A stretch of DNA of 64,000 nucleotides. It comes from Octopus sinensis. Taxonomy: Eukaryota. Below are positions 62,667-64,000 of this stretch, piece by piece (the first letter of the stretch is position 1; the number at the start of each line of letters is the position of its first letter). The translations under genes and the position numbers were made by a program. The stretch covers positions 14,942,001 to 15,006,000 of the forward strand of contig NC_043023.1 in NCBI RefSeq assembly GCF_006345805.1, written 5' to 3'. The notes beneath the pieces are model-generated. The model saw nothing but the letters and a program-made list of their open reading frames with translations, was not told the DNA's origin and ran no database searches.

Positions 62667-63550
62667 TGTTTAATCTTCTCTCTCTCTCCTATTCTTATAC
62701 CTGAATTTTTCTCCCTCTATTTTTCTCTCTCTCTCTCTCTCTCCCCTTTTCTCTCAACTTCACCCCTTTCTATATATGCTTACTCTTTTTACTCTCGCGC
62801 TTCTTAAAACCTTAATTCCCCCTCTCTCTCTCTTTACGTTTAATTTTTCTCCTCACTCTCCCCCTTTCATATATCTGAGCTTTCCTCCTCTCTACGCTTA
62901 CTCTTCCCCTCTCTCTCTCTCTCTCTGTCTTCATAATCTTAACTCCCTCCTCTCTCTCTCTCTCTAAATAACTTAACTTTCCCTCTCTATTTGCTTATGT
63001 CTGTAACCCCTCTCTCTTTATGCTTAATCTCCCCTATCTCTTTCTTCTGCTTTTCATACCTCAACTTTTTCACTTCTCTGTATGTTTACCTCCCACTCCT
63101 ACTCATACATCACATAACTTATTTCTCTCTCTCTCTCTCTCTCTCTGTCTTCTTAATCTTAACTCCCTCCTCTCTCTCTTTCTCTCTGTCTAAATAACTT
63201 AACTTTCCCTCTCTATTTGCTTATGTCTGTAACCCCTCTCTCTTTATTCTTAATCTCCCCTATCTCTCTCTTCTGCTTTTCATACCTCAACTTTTCTCCC
63301 TCTCTCTATGCTTACCTCCCACTTCTACTCGCTTATCATATAACTTATTCCCCTCCCTCCCTCTCTCTAGTAGATGTTTCAGTTTTGTATTCATCTGTAC
63401 CTCACTTTCCTCTCTCTCTCTCTCTCCCTCTCTCTGCAACTCCTTTTCTTTCACTGTCACTCTCATTTTTCTCTATCGTCCCTTCCTTTCTTTCCCTCGC
63501 TCTCTCTCCCCTTCATATACCTGAGCATTTCCCCTCTCTCTATCTTCTAT
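60290..63550. repeat. CT-rich degenerate minisatellite region interrupted by a foldback fragment and SINEs
   Basis: Recurrent AACTATCTGCCTCTCACTTC and TAAATAACTTAACTTTCCCTCTCTATTTGCTTATGTCTGTAACCCC units. Confidence 0.8.
62247..62593 (-). mobile_element. Full-length tRNA-derived SINE (family D, head with CTTACGA anticodon-like loop)
   Basis: Minus-strand head TGGCTCAGTGGTTAGAGCG...CTCGAATCCC; 12-bp TSD TCTTTTTAATTA (62235-62246, 62594-62605). Confidence 0.9.
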
Positions 63551-64000
63551 TCTTTCACTTGTTTCAGTCATTGGAGGGTTTTAGTCGAACAAATCGATCC
63601 AGTGTTTTGTGAGCCTTACACTTATTTTGTTAGTGTCATTTACCGAACCACTAAGTTATAGGGACGTAAGCAAACCAACAGCGGTGGTCGAGCAGTGGAC
63701 ACACACGGAGTTGTAATTATGGAGTCAAACCAAATTAGTTTTTTTTTACTTGTTTCAGTCATTTGACTGCGGCCATGCTGGAGCACCGCCTTTAGTCGAA
63801 TCAAATCGACCCCAGGACTTATTCTTTGTAAGCCTAGTACTTATTCTATCGGTCTCTTTTGCCGAACCGCTAAGTGACGGGGGCCTAAACACACCAGCAT
63901 CGGTTGTCAAGCGATGTTGGGGGGACAAACACAGATACACAACATATACACACACATACATATATATATATATACATATACATATATATATACATATATA

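Noticed and set aside
1-64000. Conserved microRNA, snRNA, rRNA, protocadherin or C2H2 zinc-finger genes
   Set aside because: Looked for by eye and none recognised; a covariance-model and BLASTX search would be needed to exclude them

Overview
AT-rich, repeat-saturated animal genomic DNA. The SINE, RTE and MITE families look like those of Octopus (recognition from memory, not a database hit). No protein-coding gene can be identified with confidence, and almost all ORFs in the track are translations of SINEs or microsatellites. The window holds at least four SINE types, decayed LINE fragments (RTE, CR1/L2 group), non-autonomous Helitrons, piggyBac/hAT/pogo-type MITEs, a 730-bp foldback element, Penelope-like termini and many mini/microsatellites. 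Three CpG-richer unique islands (about 34.3, 41.3 and 45.8 kb) carry promoter motifs and candidate small exons. The top finding is a 404-bp non-autonomous RTE-like retroelement (48482-48885). It begins exactly at a foldable HDV-like self-cleaving ribozyme, which has a large structured P4 insertion, and ends in a (CAAGTA)n tail. Also notable: decayed Penelope hammerhead motifs (one inside a 134-bp palindrome), a SINE that inserts as TSD-bounded head-to-tail multimers, and a telomere-like array enclosed by terminal inverted repeats.
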